The notes: generated by a model from the sequence alone, not told the origin. Positions 24,898-34,997 are shown, numbered from the stretch's first letter. The stretch: DNA of 40,571 bases from Deltaproteobacteria bacterium RBG_16_54_11 (GCA_001797905.1 MGQS01000109.1:821-41391); one strand, 5' to 3'. Numbers and translations: made by a program.

Positions 24898-25509
24898 CTA
24901 TTCCCTAATAAAACTCACATCGCCTTTCCCTGCCCGCAACACCCGAGGGTAGTCATCGGTAAGATCGACGATACTGGAGTGCGCTGCCACAATAGTTCCT
25001 CCATCGATGACCAGATCGAGGGCCTTCCCGAACATCTGGTCGATCTCCTCAGGGTCGCTATAGAGGCTCTCATCGGGTCTTATAACGCTCGTGGTGATGA
25101 TGGGGTGCTCAAGCTCCCTCACCAGGGCAAGGGAGATATTATTATCAGGGACCCTGATACCGACGGTCTTCTGGTTTGTCAGCATGATCTTGGGGACCAG
25201 CTTGGTGGCCTCTAAGATAAAGGTATAGGGGCCGGCGATGAGTGCTCGCATAATGCGATAGGCGTAATCGGGGACATGGGCATAATTGCTGATGTCCTTG
25301 AGATCTGCGCAGATGATGCTGAGGCGCTTATTCTTGCTGTGTTTCTTGAGGCGATGAACCCGTTCTATCGCATCCTTTTGATACAGATCGCATCCCAGGC
25401 CATAGATGGTATCGGTGGGATAGGCGATAACCCCTCCCTCCTTCAGAACGTCCACCACCTTGCGGATGAGCCTCGGTTGAGGATTTTTCGGATTGATTTT
25501 GATGATCAT
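24898..25509 (-). CDS. tsaC: L-threonylcarbamoyladenylate synthase (YrdC/TsaC family)
   Basis: 203 aa with GGVIAYPTDTIYGLGCDL and a YrdC-domain layout. Confidence 0.9.
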   Translation of the reverse strand: MIIKINPKNPQPRLIRKVVDVLKEGGVIAYPTDTIYGLGCDLYQKDAIERVHRLKKHSKNKRLSIICADLKDISNYAHVPDYAYRIMRALIAGPYTFILEATKLVPKIMLTNQKTVGIRVPDNNISLALVRELEHPIITTSVIRPDESLYSDPEEIDQMFGKALDLVIDGGTIVAAHSSIVDLTDDYPRVLRAGKGDVSFIRE

Positions 25510-25819
25510 GAGCCCTCGCCCCCTTTTAGGTGATCATTGCAACGCTGATTCACCAGTTTTTGCTTATGGTCTCGCGCCTCACCAATAACGATATAATTAT
25601 ATGGATACTCCGTGCAAAGGGCAAGGGAGATCTGCCGCTACAATGGTTACCGTAAAGGCGTTCCCGCCCGGAGCTAAAAACAAAGCCTTTCAAGCCTCAG
25701 TCATACTGATATCCCCGCCCCACGCACTGCGAACATAATGAGGCGCTTCCCCCGCAGCCTATATATAGTGCAGACCTTTAAGTGTGATCTTCTAAATACC
25801 TCAAAAAAGTCAAAATTTC

Positions 25820-25859
25820 ATAACAAAAAACTAACAGAAAAATAATACTAAATTAACAA
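25820..25859 (+). promoter_or_regulatory. Pho-box-like array: four 11-bp-phased direct repeats
   Basis: The array reads ATAACAA-AAAA-CTAACAG-AAAA-ATAATAC-TAAA-TTAACAA. The 16-mer TAACAAAAAACTAACA (25821-25836) is identical to 30602-30617 upstream of pstS. It lies about 60 bp upstream of ATG 25920. Confidence 0.5.
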
Positions 25860-25919
25860 TTAAAACTTATACATATATCAATATATGAGAAAAAATAAGA
25901 AGAAAAGCGAGGTACAGTT

Positions 25920-27806
25920 ATGATACGAGCAGATTTACATGCGCATTCGAAATATTCGGAACATCCTTCCGAGTGGTTCCTTCAGCGCTTAGGCGCCCAG
26001 GAGTCCTATGTCGAACCGGAGTTCATATACAGGACTGCAAAGGCCAGAAACATGGATCTGGTCACCATCACCGACCATAACAGGATAGATGGTTCAATTA
26101 TTCTGCAAGGCTTGCATCCTGAAGACACCTTCACCGGCGTAGAATCCACCGTATATTTCCCTGAGGACGGCTGCAAGGTGCACATCCTCGTCTATGGTTT
26201 AAGCGAGGACCAGTTCAGCTGCATACAAAAGATAAGAACCGATATTTACGAGATGCGGGCTTTTCTCAAGCAAGAGGATCTGGCCCATGCCGTTGCTCAC
26301 GCCACGTATGCTGTGAACGGTAAGATATCTATAGAACATCTGGAGAAACTGATACTGCTTTTTGATGTTTTTGAAGGTATAAACGGAGGCAGAGAAGAGA
26401 TCCATAATACCGTCTGGCTAAAAACGCTATCCTCTCTCACCCCTGAACATATCGCCAGGCTTTATGAAAGGTACAGGATTGAACCCTTCAGCGATACACC
26501 GTGGATAAAAGGATTTACCGGCGGGTCCGACGACCATGCCGGACTTTTTAATGGACAAAGCTATACCACGGCCGAGATCAAAACAGCACACGTAAAGGAT
26601 TTCCTCGATTGCATAAAGAACAAAGCAAGCATGCCGGCAGGAAGACACAACGATTACCAGTCGCTTGTTTTTATGGTCTACAAGGTAGCCTACGACTTTT
26701 CCAAACAGAAGAATGCAGGCAAGATATCGGGCACCATATTAAGCCAGCTGTTCAATCTTATCTTTGAGAAGCAGAAATTGGGGTTGAAAGATAGACTTAA
26801 GATAAAAAGACTGAAATCGATAGCGAAAAAGGACCCCAATTCTGAGATATATCTGCTGCTTTATGAGCTTGTAGATGAATTAAGGCCCGATAAAAAACTT
26901 ACCATCAACGAAAAACTCAATATAGTGCATGATAAGATAGCGAAAATAGCAGATGCGTTTTTGTATAGCTTTTTCAACTCATGTACAAATGATCTTAGAA
27001 CCGGAGACCTCATTGGCATTATAAAGAACATATCTGCGGCAATCCCGGGGATTTTCCTGTCCATTCCGTTTTTCAGCTCGCTGAACCATATGCATGATAA
27101 CCGTGATCTTCTGGAAGAATTGGGCAGGAGGTTTGCTATCGGCAGTTCCAAAAAAACAAAATCGGTGCTCTGGTTTACCGACACCTTGGTAGATCTTAAC
27201 GTTGTATCGACGACGCTCCAGCAGCTGGGGTGGCTCGCTCACAACAAGAACCTTGACCTGAAAATAGTGACCAGCCTCAGAGAAGAGGAAATGCACGCCT
27301 CGTTGTCGCCCAATATCGTAAACCTCCCTCATATATATTGCATCAAGATACCCGACTACGAATCATATGAGCTTAAGATACCGTCCATACTGAAGTCGCT
27401 GGAGATTATATACGATTTGAAGCCAGATGAGATCTATATATCGACACCAGGCCCTATAGGTCTGTTGGCGCTTCTTGCATCGAAACTACTCAAGGTGAAA
27501 TGCACCGGCATATATCATACTGATTTCGCCGCGGAGGTTTCAAAGATAATAGAAGACGAATCTGTCAGCAGACTTTTGGGGAACGTCGTTAAATGGTTCT
27601 ACGACAAGATGGATGAGATAGGAGTCTTCACGGAAGAGTATATCAAGCTACTCGGGGACAGGGGGTTTAATACCCGCAAGATGAGGATATTTAATAAAGG
27701 CATAGATTCGGCCCTGTTCTATCCGCTCAGCACCAAGGGTGTAGAGGTTGCCAAGAAGAAAGAAATACCCGACGGGATAAACCTGCTGTATGCCGGCAGG
27801 GTCTGA
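25920..27806 (+). CDS. PHP-domain phosphoesterase fused to a GT4 glycosyltransferase N-terminal domain; the ORF stops where the GT-B C-terminal domain should begin (probable truncation/pseudogene)
   Basis: 628 aa with IRADLHAHSKYSEHPSEW...VTITDHNRIDG (PHP) and, from about residue 415, KSVLWFTDTLVDLNVVS...KGIDSALFYP...INLLYAGRV-stop. The codons after the TGA still read KDKNIDFLLDVYRELATH, continuing the GT4 GRxSxEK-type motif, then TAA. Confidence 0.75.
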   Translation: MIRADLHAHSKYSEHPSEWFLQRLGAQESYVEPEFIYRTAKARNMDLVTITDHNRIDGSIILQGLHPEDTFTGVESTVYFPEDGCKVHILVYGLSEDQFSCIQKIRTDIYEMRAFLKQEDLAHAVAHATYAVNGKISIEHLEKLILLFDVFEGINGGREEIHNTVWLKTLSSLTPEHIARLYERYRIEPFSDTPWIKGFTGGSDDHAGLFNGQSYTTAEIKTAHVKDFLDCIKNKASMPAGRHNDYQSLVFMVYKVAYDFSKQKNAGKISGTILSQLFNLIFEKQKLGLKDRLKIKRLKSIAKKDPNSEIYLLLYELVDELRPDKKLTINEKLNIVHDKIAKIADAFLYSFFNSCTNDLRTGDLIGIIKNISAAIPGIFLSIPFFSSLNHMHDNRDLLEELGRRFAIGSSKKTKSVLWFTDTLVDLNVVSTTLQQLGWLAHNKNLDLKIVTSLREEEMHASLSPNIVNLPHIYCIKIPDYESYELKIPSILKSLEIIYDLKPDEIYISTPGPIGLLALLASKLLKVKCTGIYHTDFAAEVSKIIEDESVSRLLGNVVKWFYDKMDEIGVFTEEYIKLLGDRGFNTRKMRIFNKGIDSALFYPLSTKGVEVAKKKEIPDGINLLYAGRV

Positions 27807-27986
27807 AAAGACAAGAATATCGATTTCTTGCTTGATGTTTACAGAGAATTAGCCACGCATTAAGATAGTTTTCACTGCTGGTACAAGCACGAGTCTTTGC
27901 CCTTAGGCATTTCTCTATACTAAAAATTTGCAAAAGCTTGATTATCTGTTAGAATAAGAACAAATATTTTTATTACGGAGACCGTC

Positions 27987-28673
27987 ATGCCTGGCGAAAA
28001 GATCCTGGTGGTTGACGACGAGGAAGACATCCGTGAGTTGGTGAGGTATAACCTCGCCCGAGAAGGATATCAGGTAACCACCGTTGGCTCAGGGGAAGAG
28101 GCGCTGAAACAGGCCGGCGCAAAGCTGCCCAACCTCATTGTCTTGGATCTGATGCTGCCGGGGATTGATGGTTTTGATGTCTGCCGACAACTAAAGAGCG
28201 ATCCCCGCACGGCTCATATCCCCATTGTGATGCTCACGGTCAAGGGGGAGGAATCCGACATTGTGGTCGGCCTGGAGCTGGGGGCAGATGACTACATTAC
28301 CAAGCCCTTTAGCCCCAAGGTGCTCCTGGCGAGGTTAAAGGCCGTTCTGCGGCGGAGAGAGAAGGAGCCCATCGGCGAATCCGATGTCATGACTATCGGT
28401 GATTTGACGATCCATCCCGGTCGCCATGAGGTGTTGGTACAGGGGAAACCCGTCAAGCTCACATCCACTGAATTTCGTATTTTGCATCTCATGGCCCGAA
28501 AACCAGGTTGGGTCTTCACCCGTTTTCAGATCGTCGATGCCGCCCGCGGGGAAAATATCGCGGTGACCGATCGATCGGTGGACTTTCACATTACTTCCCT
28601 GCGGCGAAAGCTTGGTCCCTGTAGTGATTATATCGAGACCGTTTGGGGGGTAGGGTACCGCTTTAAGGAATAA
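27987..28673 (+). CDS. phoB: OmpR/PhoB-family response regulator (phosphate regulon type)
   Basis: 228 aa with KILVVDDEEDIREL, LIVLDLMLPGIDG, GADDYITKPFSPKVLLARLKAVLRR and a C-terminal winged helix ending GVGYRF. It is adjacent to a PhoR-like kinase and pstSCAB-phoU. Confidence 0.85.
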   Translation: MPGEKILVVDDEEDIRELVRYNLAREGYQVTTVGSGEEALKQAGAKLPNLIVLDLMLPGIDGFDVCRQLKSDPRTAHIPIVMLTVKGEESDIVVGLELGADDYITKPFSPKVLLARLKAVLRRREKEPIGESDVMTIGDLTIHPGRHEVLVQGKPVKLTSTEFRILHLMARKPGWVFTRFQIVDAARGENIAVTDRSVDFHITSLRRKLGPCSDYIETVWGVGYRFKE

Positions 28674-28677
28674 CCAT

Positions 28678-30453
28678 ATGCGCAGAAAAAGGCTCCTTTG
28701 GAAACTCTATCCGTCTTATGTGGTGATTATCCTGATCTCCATTATTACCGTGGGGATCTATGTCTCAACGGCATTGAAAAATTTTTATCTGCACAAAACA
28801 GCCGATGATCTTGAAGTTAGGGCGCGTCTTATCGAGAGAGAGGCCTCGGCGACCTTCAGCAAAGAGAACAAAAAATCACTCGATGCACTGTGCAAAACAC
28901 TCGGCAAGGCCGCTTCGACCCGCATAACCCTGATCCTTCCTTCCGGTGAGGTCGTGGGTGACTCCGACGAAGACCCACAGGCGATGGAGAACCACGCCGG
29001 CCGCCCGGAGGTAAAAAAAGCCCTTGCAGGACAAACAGGTATCTCCACCCGATATAGCGTAACCCTTCAGAAAGAGATGATGTACGTAGCAATACCTGTC
29101 AAAAAAGAGGGAGGTATTATTGTCGGGACGGTCAGGGTATCTATCCCTATTATTGCAATCGATACGGCCCTGCGCGCTATCTATGGGAAGATCGCCCTCT
29201 TTGGGGTATTTATGATCATCTTGACTGCGGCGCTAAGCCTCTTTATTGCCAGACGTATCAGCCAACCCATAGGAGAGCTAAAACGGGGCGCACAGCGTTT
29301 TGCCCAAGGAGACCTTACGCACAGGCTCTTTGTCGCCGGATCCAGGGAGCTGGGCGAGCTTACTGAGGCGCTGAACAAGATGGCTCTACAGCTTGGTGAA
29401 AAGATCCGCATGATCACCGAGCACCGCAATGAGTTAGAGACCATCCTTTCCGCTATGAGAGAGGGGGTGTTGGCTTGTGATGCCGATGAGCGCATTATCA
29501 CGCTCAATCAAGCCGCCGGATCTCTTCTGGGGATCGATCTCTCAACCGCAAAGGGGCACACGGTTCAAGAGATAGTCAGAAACGCCGATCTCCAACGCTT
29601 CGTCGGCGGGATTCCTTTAGGTCAGGGGGAGGTGGCAGCTGAGATCATCCTCCATGGCCCCGAGAAAAAATTCCTCCAGCTCAGCGGTACGGTGCTGCGT
29701 GATAGCGAAGGGAAGGGTATCGGCGCCCTTGTTGTTCTCAGTGACACAACCAGACTTCGGCATCTCGAGAACATAAGGCGTGAGTTCGTGGCCAACGTCT
29801 CTCATGAGCTCAAGACACCCATCACCTCTATCAAGGGGTATGTCGAGACGTTGCAAGAAGGGGCCATCGACGACAAAGGGAATGCCCGAAAGTTCCTCGA
29901 GATCATTTTCAAGCAAGCAGATCTTTTACATGCGCTCGTCGATGATTTGTTGAGCCTCTCCAAGATTGAACAGGAAGCTGAACGGGAAGAGGCGCACTTG
30001 GCCGAGGAACCGGTGATGCCAGTCATTGAAGCTGCTATTGCCGCATATGAGACAAGGGCCCGTGATCGCCGCATACAGGTGACCTTGCACTGTACCGATG
30101 ATGTCGTTGTTATGGCCAACGCCCAACTGCTTGAGCAGGCAGTGGGGAATCTTCTTGATAATGCCATTAAATACAGTGAGCCTGGAGGTACGGTAGAGAT
30201 TGAAGTAACCAAAAACAAGCACGAAGTTACCATAACAGTCGGCGATTGTGGATCAGGCATAGCCCCGGAGCACCTCCCCCGGCTTTTCGAACGGTTCTAC
30301 CGGGTGGACAAGGGGAGGAGCCGAGAGCTGGGGGGCACCGGGCTGGGCCTCGCCATTGTTAAACATATCATCCAGGCCCATGGTGGCGATGCCACCGTGG
30401 AAAGCACCCCCGGCAAGGGAAGTGCATTTACCCTACACCTGCCAAGGGCCTGA
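28678..30453 (+). CDS. phoR: PhoR-like sensor histidine kinase (2 TM + extracytoplasmic domain, HAMP, PAS, HisKA, HATPase_c)
   Basis: 591 aa with FVANVSHELKTPITSIKGYVETL (H-box), DNAIKYS (N-box) and GGTGLGLAIVKHIIQAHGG (G2-box). Confidence 0.8.
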   Translation: MRRKRLLWKLYPSYVVIILISIITVGIYVSTALKNFYLHKTADDLEVRARLIEREASATFSKENKKSLDALCKTLGKAASTRITLILPSGEVVGDSDEDPQAMENHAGRPEVKKALAGQTGISTRYSVTLQKEMMYVAIPVKKEGGIIVGTVRVSIPIIAIDTALRAIYGKIALFGVFMIILTAALSLFIARRISQPIGELKRGAQRFAQGDLTHRLFVAGSRELGELTEALNKMALQLGEKIRMITEHRNELETILSAMREGVLACDADERIITLNQAAGSLLGIDLSTAKGHTVQEIVRNADLQRFVGGIPLGQGEVAAEIILHGPEKKFLQLSGTVLRDSEGKGIGALVVLSDTTRLRHLENIRREFVANVSHELKTPITSIKGYVETLQEGAIDDKGNARKFLEIIFKQADLLHALVDDLLSLSKIEQEAEREEAHLAEEPVMPVIEAAIAAYETRARDRRIQVTLHCTDDVVVMANAQLLEQAVGNLLDNAIKYSEPGGTVEIEVTKNKHEVTITVGDCGSGIAPEHLPRLFERFYRVDKGRSRELGGTGLGLAIVKHIIQAHGGDATVESTPGKGSAFTLHLPRA

Positions 30454-30589
30454 CTCAAATTTCATATCCCTCTTAATTCACATAAAATTCTCATCCATCC
30501 CTCATACCCTTCTCACATTGGCTGCGTATTGTATACGGCATATGAGTTCATTGGGAAAGGAGGGATGCAGTGGAAATGCCCCTAGAATC

Positions 30590-30618
30590 CTGACACTTTT
30601 CTAACAAAAAACTAACAA
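30590..30618 (+). promoter_or_regulatory. Pho-box-like element upstream of pstS
   Basis: CTGACAC-TTTT-CTAACAA-AAAA-CTAACAA: three 7-bp direct repeats with 4-bp A/T spacers (11-bp phasing). The E. coli Pho box is CTGTCAT-A(A/T)A(A/T)-CTGTCA(C/T). It ends 33 bp before ATG 30651, with RBS AAGGAGG at 30638-30644. Confidence 0.6.
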
Positions 30619-30650
30619 TTATTGTTAAACTTAACTCAAGGAGGAAAAAA

Positions 30651-31685
30651 ATGAAGGTAAAAGGTCTTGCTATGGCTGTTTTTGCTTTGCTCTTGCTTAT
30701 GGCAGGCTCAGTCCAGGTAGGGAATGTGGTCATCACGGGAATGCTGAGCCCTGCCTGGTCTCAGGAGAAGATCATCAAGATAGACGGGTCGAGCACGGTC
30801 TATCCTATTACCGAAGCTGTTGCCGAGGAGTTTCAGAAGGCGAAGAAAGGAACGGTAAAGGTAACCGTCGGCATCTCTGGAACAGGTGGAGGTTTTAAAA
30901 AATTTTCCCGAGGAGAGACTGATATCTCTGATGCATCGAGACCCATTACCCAAAAGGAGATCGAGGCCTGCAAAGAGGCCGGCATCCAGTATATTGAGCT
31001 TCCCGTTGCCTATGACGGCTTGGCCGTGATGGTCAACCCGAAGAACAGCTGGGTGACCTCCATGACGGTAGCACAACTTAAGCGGATTTGGGAACCGGCG
31101 GCAGAGGGAAAAGTGACGAAATGGAGCTACGTAAACTCTGCCTGGCCCGATGTAGCTCTCAAGCTCTACGGTCCAGGGGTTGACTCGGGGACCTTCGACT
31201 ATTTTACCGAGGCCATCGTCGGAAAGTCCAGGGCAAGCAGAGGCGATTTTACCGCCAGCGAAGACGACAATGTACTGGTACAGGGGGTCGCCTCAGACAA
31301 GGGTGGCCTGGGGTTTTTCGGCTATGCCTACTATGCAGAAAACTCCGATAAGCTGAAATTAGTAGCGATTGACGGCGGGAAGGGCCCCGTTCTACCTTCG
31401 GAGAAGACAGTGATGGATGGGACTTACTATCCTCTCTCCAGGCCGATCTTTATCTATGTCAATAAGAAATCCGCCCAGAGGCCTGAGGTAAAAGAGTTCG
31501 TAGACTTTTATCTAAAAAATGCACCGACCTTGGTGAAACAGGTAAAGTACATTCCCCTTCCGGATATGGCCTATAAACTTGCTGCGGAAAGATTCTCAAA
31601 AAGGGTAACGGGCACCGTCTTCGGGGGTGAAGCCAAGGTGGGAGTGAAGATCGAGGATCTCCTTAAATTAGAGAAAAAGAAATAA
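30651..31685 (+). CDS. pstS: Phosphate ABC transporter substrate-binding protein PstS
   Basis: 344 aa with a signal peptide, [30 protein letters not shown] and [11 protein letters not shown]. Confidence 0.9.
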   Translation: MKVKGLAMAVFALLLLMAGSVQVGNVVITGMLSPAWSQEKIIKIDGSSTVYPITEAVAEEFQKAKKGTVKVTVGISGTGGGFKKFSRGETDISDASRPITQKEIEACKEAGIQYIELPVAYDGLAVMVNPKNSWVTSMTVAQLKRIWEPAAEGKVTKWSYVNSAWPDVALKLYGPGVDSGTFDYFTEAIVGKSRASRGDFTASEDDNVLVQGVASDKGGLGFFGYAYYAENSDKLKLVAIDGGKGPVLPSEKTVMDGTYYPLSRPIFIYVNKKSAQRPEVKEFVDFYLKNAPTLVKQVKYIPLPDMAYKLAAERFSKRVTGTVFGGEAKVGVKIEDLLKLEKKK

Positions 31686-31692
31686 GGCACCC

Positions 31693-32583
31693 GTGAAACG
31701 TAAGATATCCACCAAGATTAAAGAGAGGGGCATTGAGGGGCTGCTGCTCCTCAGTGCCCTTTCTTCTATTATGATCACCCTGAGCATCGTCTTTATCCTT
31801 TTCTATGAGGCCCTGGGATTTTTTAAAGACGTATCCGTATGGGAGTTTCTTACCGGAAGACGGTGGACCCCCCTCTTTGCCAACCCCAAATTTGGCATAC
31901 TGCCCCTGGTGACTGGTACTCTCTTGGTCACCGGGATTGCGGTAGCAGTGGCCTTGCCAGTGGGGCTCATTGTTGCCGTCTATCTCAGTGAATACGCCCC
32001 CTTCAAAATCAAGGAGGTGGTCAAGCCTATCCTGGAGCTCCTGGCCGCTGTCCCCACCGTCGTCTACGGTTATTTTGCCCTGCTCTTCCTCACACCCATC
32101 TTACAGCAGTTGATCACGACGCTCTCCGGATTCAATGCCTTAAGCCCTGGGATCATCATGGGCATCATGATCATTCCGTATGTCAGTTCGGTGAGTGAGG
32201 ATGCCATGAAGGCAGTTCCCATGCATATCAGAGAAGGGTCTTATGCAATGGGGGCCACAAAGTTTCAGACTGCTTTCAAAGTGGTCATCCCTGCTGCCTT
32301 TTCCGGGATTGCCGCCGCCTTTATTGTAGGCATATCAAGGGCCATTGGAGAAACGATGGTTGTGGCCATTGCCGCGGGCATGATGCCCAATTTCACGTTT
32401 AATCCCATTGAACCTATCCAGACCTTGACTGCGTATATCGTCGGCGTCAGTTTAGGAGACGTTCCCCATGGTACCATCGAATATAAGACCATCTTTGCTG
32501 CGGGGATTACGCTATTTCTGATGACCCTCGTGCTGAATATTCTTGGGTTCTGGTTCAGGAAAAGGATTAGGGAGGTCTATTAG
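31693..32583 (+). CDS. pstC: Phosphate ABC transporter permease PstC
   Basis: 296 aa with 6 TM-like segments and the EAA-loop region EDAMKAVPMHIREGSYAMGATKFQT. GTG start. Confidence 0.9.
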   Translation: MKRKISTKIKERGIEGLLLLSALSSIMITLSIVFILFYEALGFFKDVSVWEFLTGRRWTPLFANPKFGILPLVTGTLLVTGIAVAVALPVGLIVAVYLSEYAPFKIKEVVKPILELLAAVPTVVYGYFALLFLTPILQQLITTLSGFNALSPGIIMGIMIIPYVSSVSEDAMKAVPMHIREGSYAMGATKFQTAFKVVIPAAFSGIAAAFIVGISRAIGETMVVAIAAGMMPNFTFNPIEPIQTLTAYIVGVSLGDVPHGTIEYKTIFAAGITLFLMTLVLNILGFWFRKRIREVY

Positions 32584-32585
32584 AT

Positions 32586-33518
32586 ATGCAAGCAACTGAG
32601 CAGCCTGAAATCCTCGAAATGAGGAAGAGGATCTCCTCGAACAAGCTTCGGGACCACATCTTTTGGATCGTCGGATTATTCTCAACCCTCATCGGCTTCG
32701 CCCTCCTTTTTACGCTCATCATCGATCTCTTCATTGATGGTTTCCCGAGGCTGAGCTGGCACTTTTTTACCTCCTACCCATCCCGATTTCCGGAACAGGC
32801 AGGGATTCTTTCCGCCTGGGTTGGAACGATACTGGTGATGATGGTGACTGCAGCCGCAGCCGTTCCTTTAGGGATTGCCGCCGGGATATACTTGGAGGAA
32901 TATGGAAAGAAGAATTGGCTAACCCACCTCATTGAGATCAATATGAATAATCTTGCCGGGGTCCCTTCCATCATCTATGGCCTCTTGGCCCTCTGGTTGT
33001 TCGTCTATTTCTTAAAATTTGGAGAGAGTATTCTGACCGGTGGGTTAACGCTGGGTCTCTTGATCCTCCCCATGGTAGTGATTGCCACACGGGAATCCAT
33101 CCGAGCGATCCCCAATTCTATTCGCGAGGCATCCTATGCCCTGGGTGCTTCGAAATGGCAGACCATCAAGGATCACATCATCCCTTATTCCGTTGGCGGA
33201 ATCCTGACAGGCATGATCATTGGGCTGTCCAGGGCCATTGGAGAGACAGCCCCCATTATTACGGTAGGCGCCCTAACCTTCATCGCCTTTCTTCCTTCAT
33301 CACCTGTCACTTCAGGGTTCCCTTTTCTTTCTTTCAAGTGGCTCCTTGACCCCTTTACCGTCATGCCCATCCAGATGTTCAATTGGATATCCAGGCCACA
33401 GACCGCATTCCACCTGAATGCGGCAGCTGCCGGGATCGTCCTCCTGGTGATGACCCTCGTGATGAACGGATTTGCTATCTATGTCAGATACCGGTTCAGA
33501 AAGAGAATAAAGTGGTAA
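32586..33518 (+). CDS. pstA: Phosphate ABC transporter permease PstA
   Basis: 310 aa with [25 protein letters not shown] and [12 protein letters not shown]. Confidence 0.9.
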   Translation: MQATEQPEILEMRKRISSNKLRDHIFWIVGLFSTLIGFALLFTLIIDLFIDGFPRLSWHFFTSYPSRFPEQAGILSAWVGTILVMMVTAAAAVPLGIAAGIYLEEYGKKNWLTHLIEINMNNLAGVPSIIYGLLALWLFVYFLKFGESILTGGLTLGLLILPMVVIATRESIRAIPNSIREASYALGASKWQTIKDHIIPYSVGGILTGMIIGLSRAIGETAPIITVGALTFIAFLPSSPVTSGFPFLSFKWLLDPFTVMPIQMFNWISRPQTAFHLNAAAAGIVLLVMTLVMNGFAIYVRYRFRKRIKW

Positions 33519-33519
33519 C

Positions 33520-34311
33520 ATGGCAGGATTGGTGCCGGGTATGATCCCTGAAAAACTTAAAGCTGAAGTCAAAGGCCTCAATTTTTATTACAACGATCTT
33601 AAAGCCCTTAAGGACATCCATCTGCCGATAGCCAATAAACTGATTACCGCCTTGATCGGGCCTTCCGGCTGCGGCAAAACAACCTATCTTCGCTGTTTTA
33701 ATCGCATGCACGACCTTTATCCGAACAATCGTTACGAGGGTGAGATCATCTTATACCCTGAGCGAGTTAATATCGTCGACCCGCGGATAGATCCTATCGA
33801 GGTGCGGATGCGGATCAGTATGGTTTTTCAGAAACCCAACCCCTTTCCCAAAACGGTCTTTGAAAATGTTGCCTATGGCCTGAGGGTCAGGGGGGTAAAT
33901 AAAAAATGCCTCTTAGATGAAAAAGTGGAAAAGGCATTGAAACAGGCAGCCCTCTGGGATGAGGTGAAAGACAGGATAGATGACCTCGCTTTCAATCTTT
34001 CCGGGGGGCAGCAGCAACGCCTCTGTATCGCGAGGGCGCTGGCGACCAATCCCGAGATCCTCCTCTTCGATGAACCTACCTCTGCCCTTGATCCTACGGC
34101 TACAGCAAAGATCGAAGAACTGATCCTACAACTCAAAAAAGAAGTGACCATTATTATTGTTACGCACAATATGCAACAAGCAGCACGTGTCTCTGATTAT
34201 ACGGCGTTCATGTATCTGGGAGAGATCATCGAGTTCGATAGAACGGATAAGGTCTTTACTCGACCATCGCAGAAGTTAACCGAGGAATACATAACGGGCC
34301 GCTTCGGCTAA
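33520..34311 (+). CDS. pstB: Phosphate ABC transporter ATP-binding protein PstB
   Basis: 263 aa with [37 protein letters not shown] and a C-terminus ending YITGRFG. Confidence 0.95.
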   Translation: MAGLVPGMIPEKLKAEVKGLNFYYNDLKALKDIHLPIANKLITALIGPSGCGKTTYLRCFNRMHDLYPNNRYEGEIILYPERVNIVDPRIDPIEVRMRISMVFQKPNPFPKTVFENVAYGLRVRGVNKKCLLDEKVEKALKQAALWDEVKDRIDDLAFNLSGGQQQRLCIARALATNPEILLFDEPTSALDPTATAKIEELILQLKKEVTIIIVTHNMQQAARVSDYTAFMYLGEIIEFDRTDKVFTRPSQKLTEEYITGRFG

Positions 34312-34322
34312 GAGGGAGAGCG

Positions 34323-34997
34323 ATGAAGAGACATCTGGAACGGGAACTCGCAAAGATCAGAAAGAAGATCCTCAGCTTAAGTGCCATGGTAGAGGGGAAT
34401 ATCGAGAAGGCCATACTATCCCTTACGCGGCATGAGATTAAGCTGGCGCAAGAGGTTATCGAGAGCGATCACGAGATCGATCATTTTGAGGTGGAGATAG
34501 AGGAGGATTGTCTCAAGATCCTTGCCCTCTATCAGCCGGCGGCCATCGATTTGCGATATGTGGTGGGGATCTTGAAGATGAATAACGATTTGGAGCGCAT
34601 GGGTGATTTGGCCGTCAACATCGCCGAGCGCTCGGCCTATCTGGCTGACAAGAAGGGGACAAAGCTCTTTCTTGATTTTACGCAGATGGGGGAAAAGACC
34701 ATCGCCATGGTAAAAAAGGCCTTAGACTCTCTCATCAAGATGGATGCCACTATGGCCAGGGAGGTCTGCGCCGCCGACGACGAAGTGGATGAGATGAACA
34801 GAAAGATACTCCTCCTCATTCAGGATTACATCGAAAAAAACCCCCACGAGGTAAAGATTCTCATTCATCTCCTCCTCGTCTCACGCCATTTGGAGCGTAT
34901 TGCCGATCAAGCCACCAATATTGCCGAGGACGTGATCTACATGATTGAGGGTGTCATCATACGCCATCGCGCAGAGGACTATACCCGCCACGATTAA
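34323..34997 (+). CDS. phoU: Phosphate signalling complex protein PhoU
   Basis: 224 aa. It has the duplicated PhoU repeat with NNDLERMGDLAVNIAE and SRHLERIADQATNIAEDVIY. Confidence 0.95.
   Translation: MKRHLERELAKIRKKILSLSAMVEGNIEKAILSLTRHEIKLAQEVIESDHEIDHFEVEIEEDCLKILALYQPAAIDLRYVVGILKMNNDLERMGDLAVNIAERSAYLADKKGTKLFLDFTQMGEKTIAMVKKALDSLIKMDATMAREVCAADDEVDEMNRKILLLIQDYIEKNPHEVKILIHLLLVSRHLERIADQATNIAEDVIYMIEGVIIRHRAEDYTRHD

Noticed and set aside
25657-25759. Imperfect direct repeat GGCGTTCCCGCCCGGAGC / GGCGCTTCCCCCGCAGCC in the ORF-free 410-bp tsaC / PHP-GT intergenic region; considered as a small RNA or repeat element.
   Set aside because: There are only two degenerate copies, with no flanking structure, terminator or tRNA-like fold that I could identify. 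This is insufficient evidence.
27804-27806. In-frame TGA in the PHP-GT gene as possible selenocysteine or programmed readthrough.
   Set aside because: Readthrough would add only 18 residues before a TAA, and the rest of the GT domain is absent. The position is normally Ser, not Cys. No obvious SECIS-like hairpin follows. A nonsense mutation or truncation is the simpler explanation.
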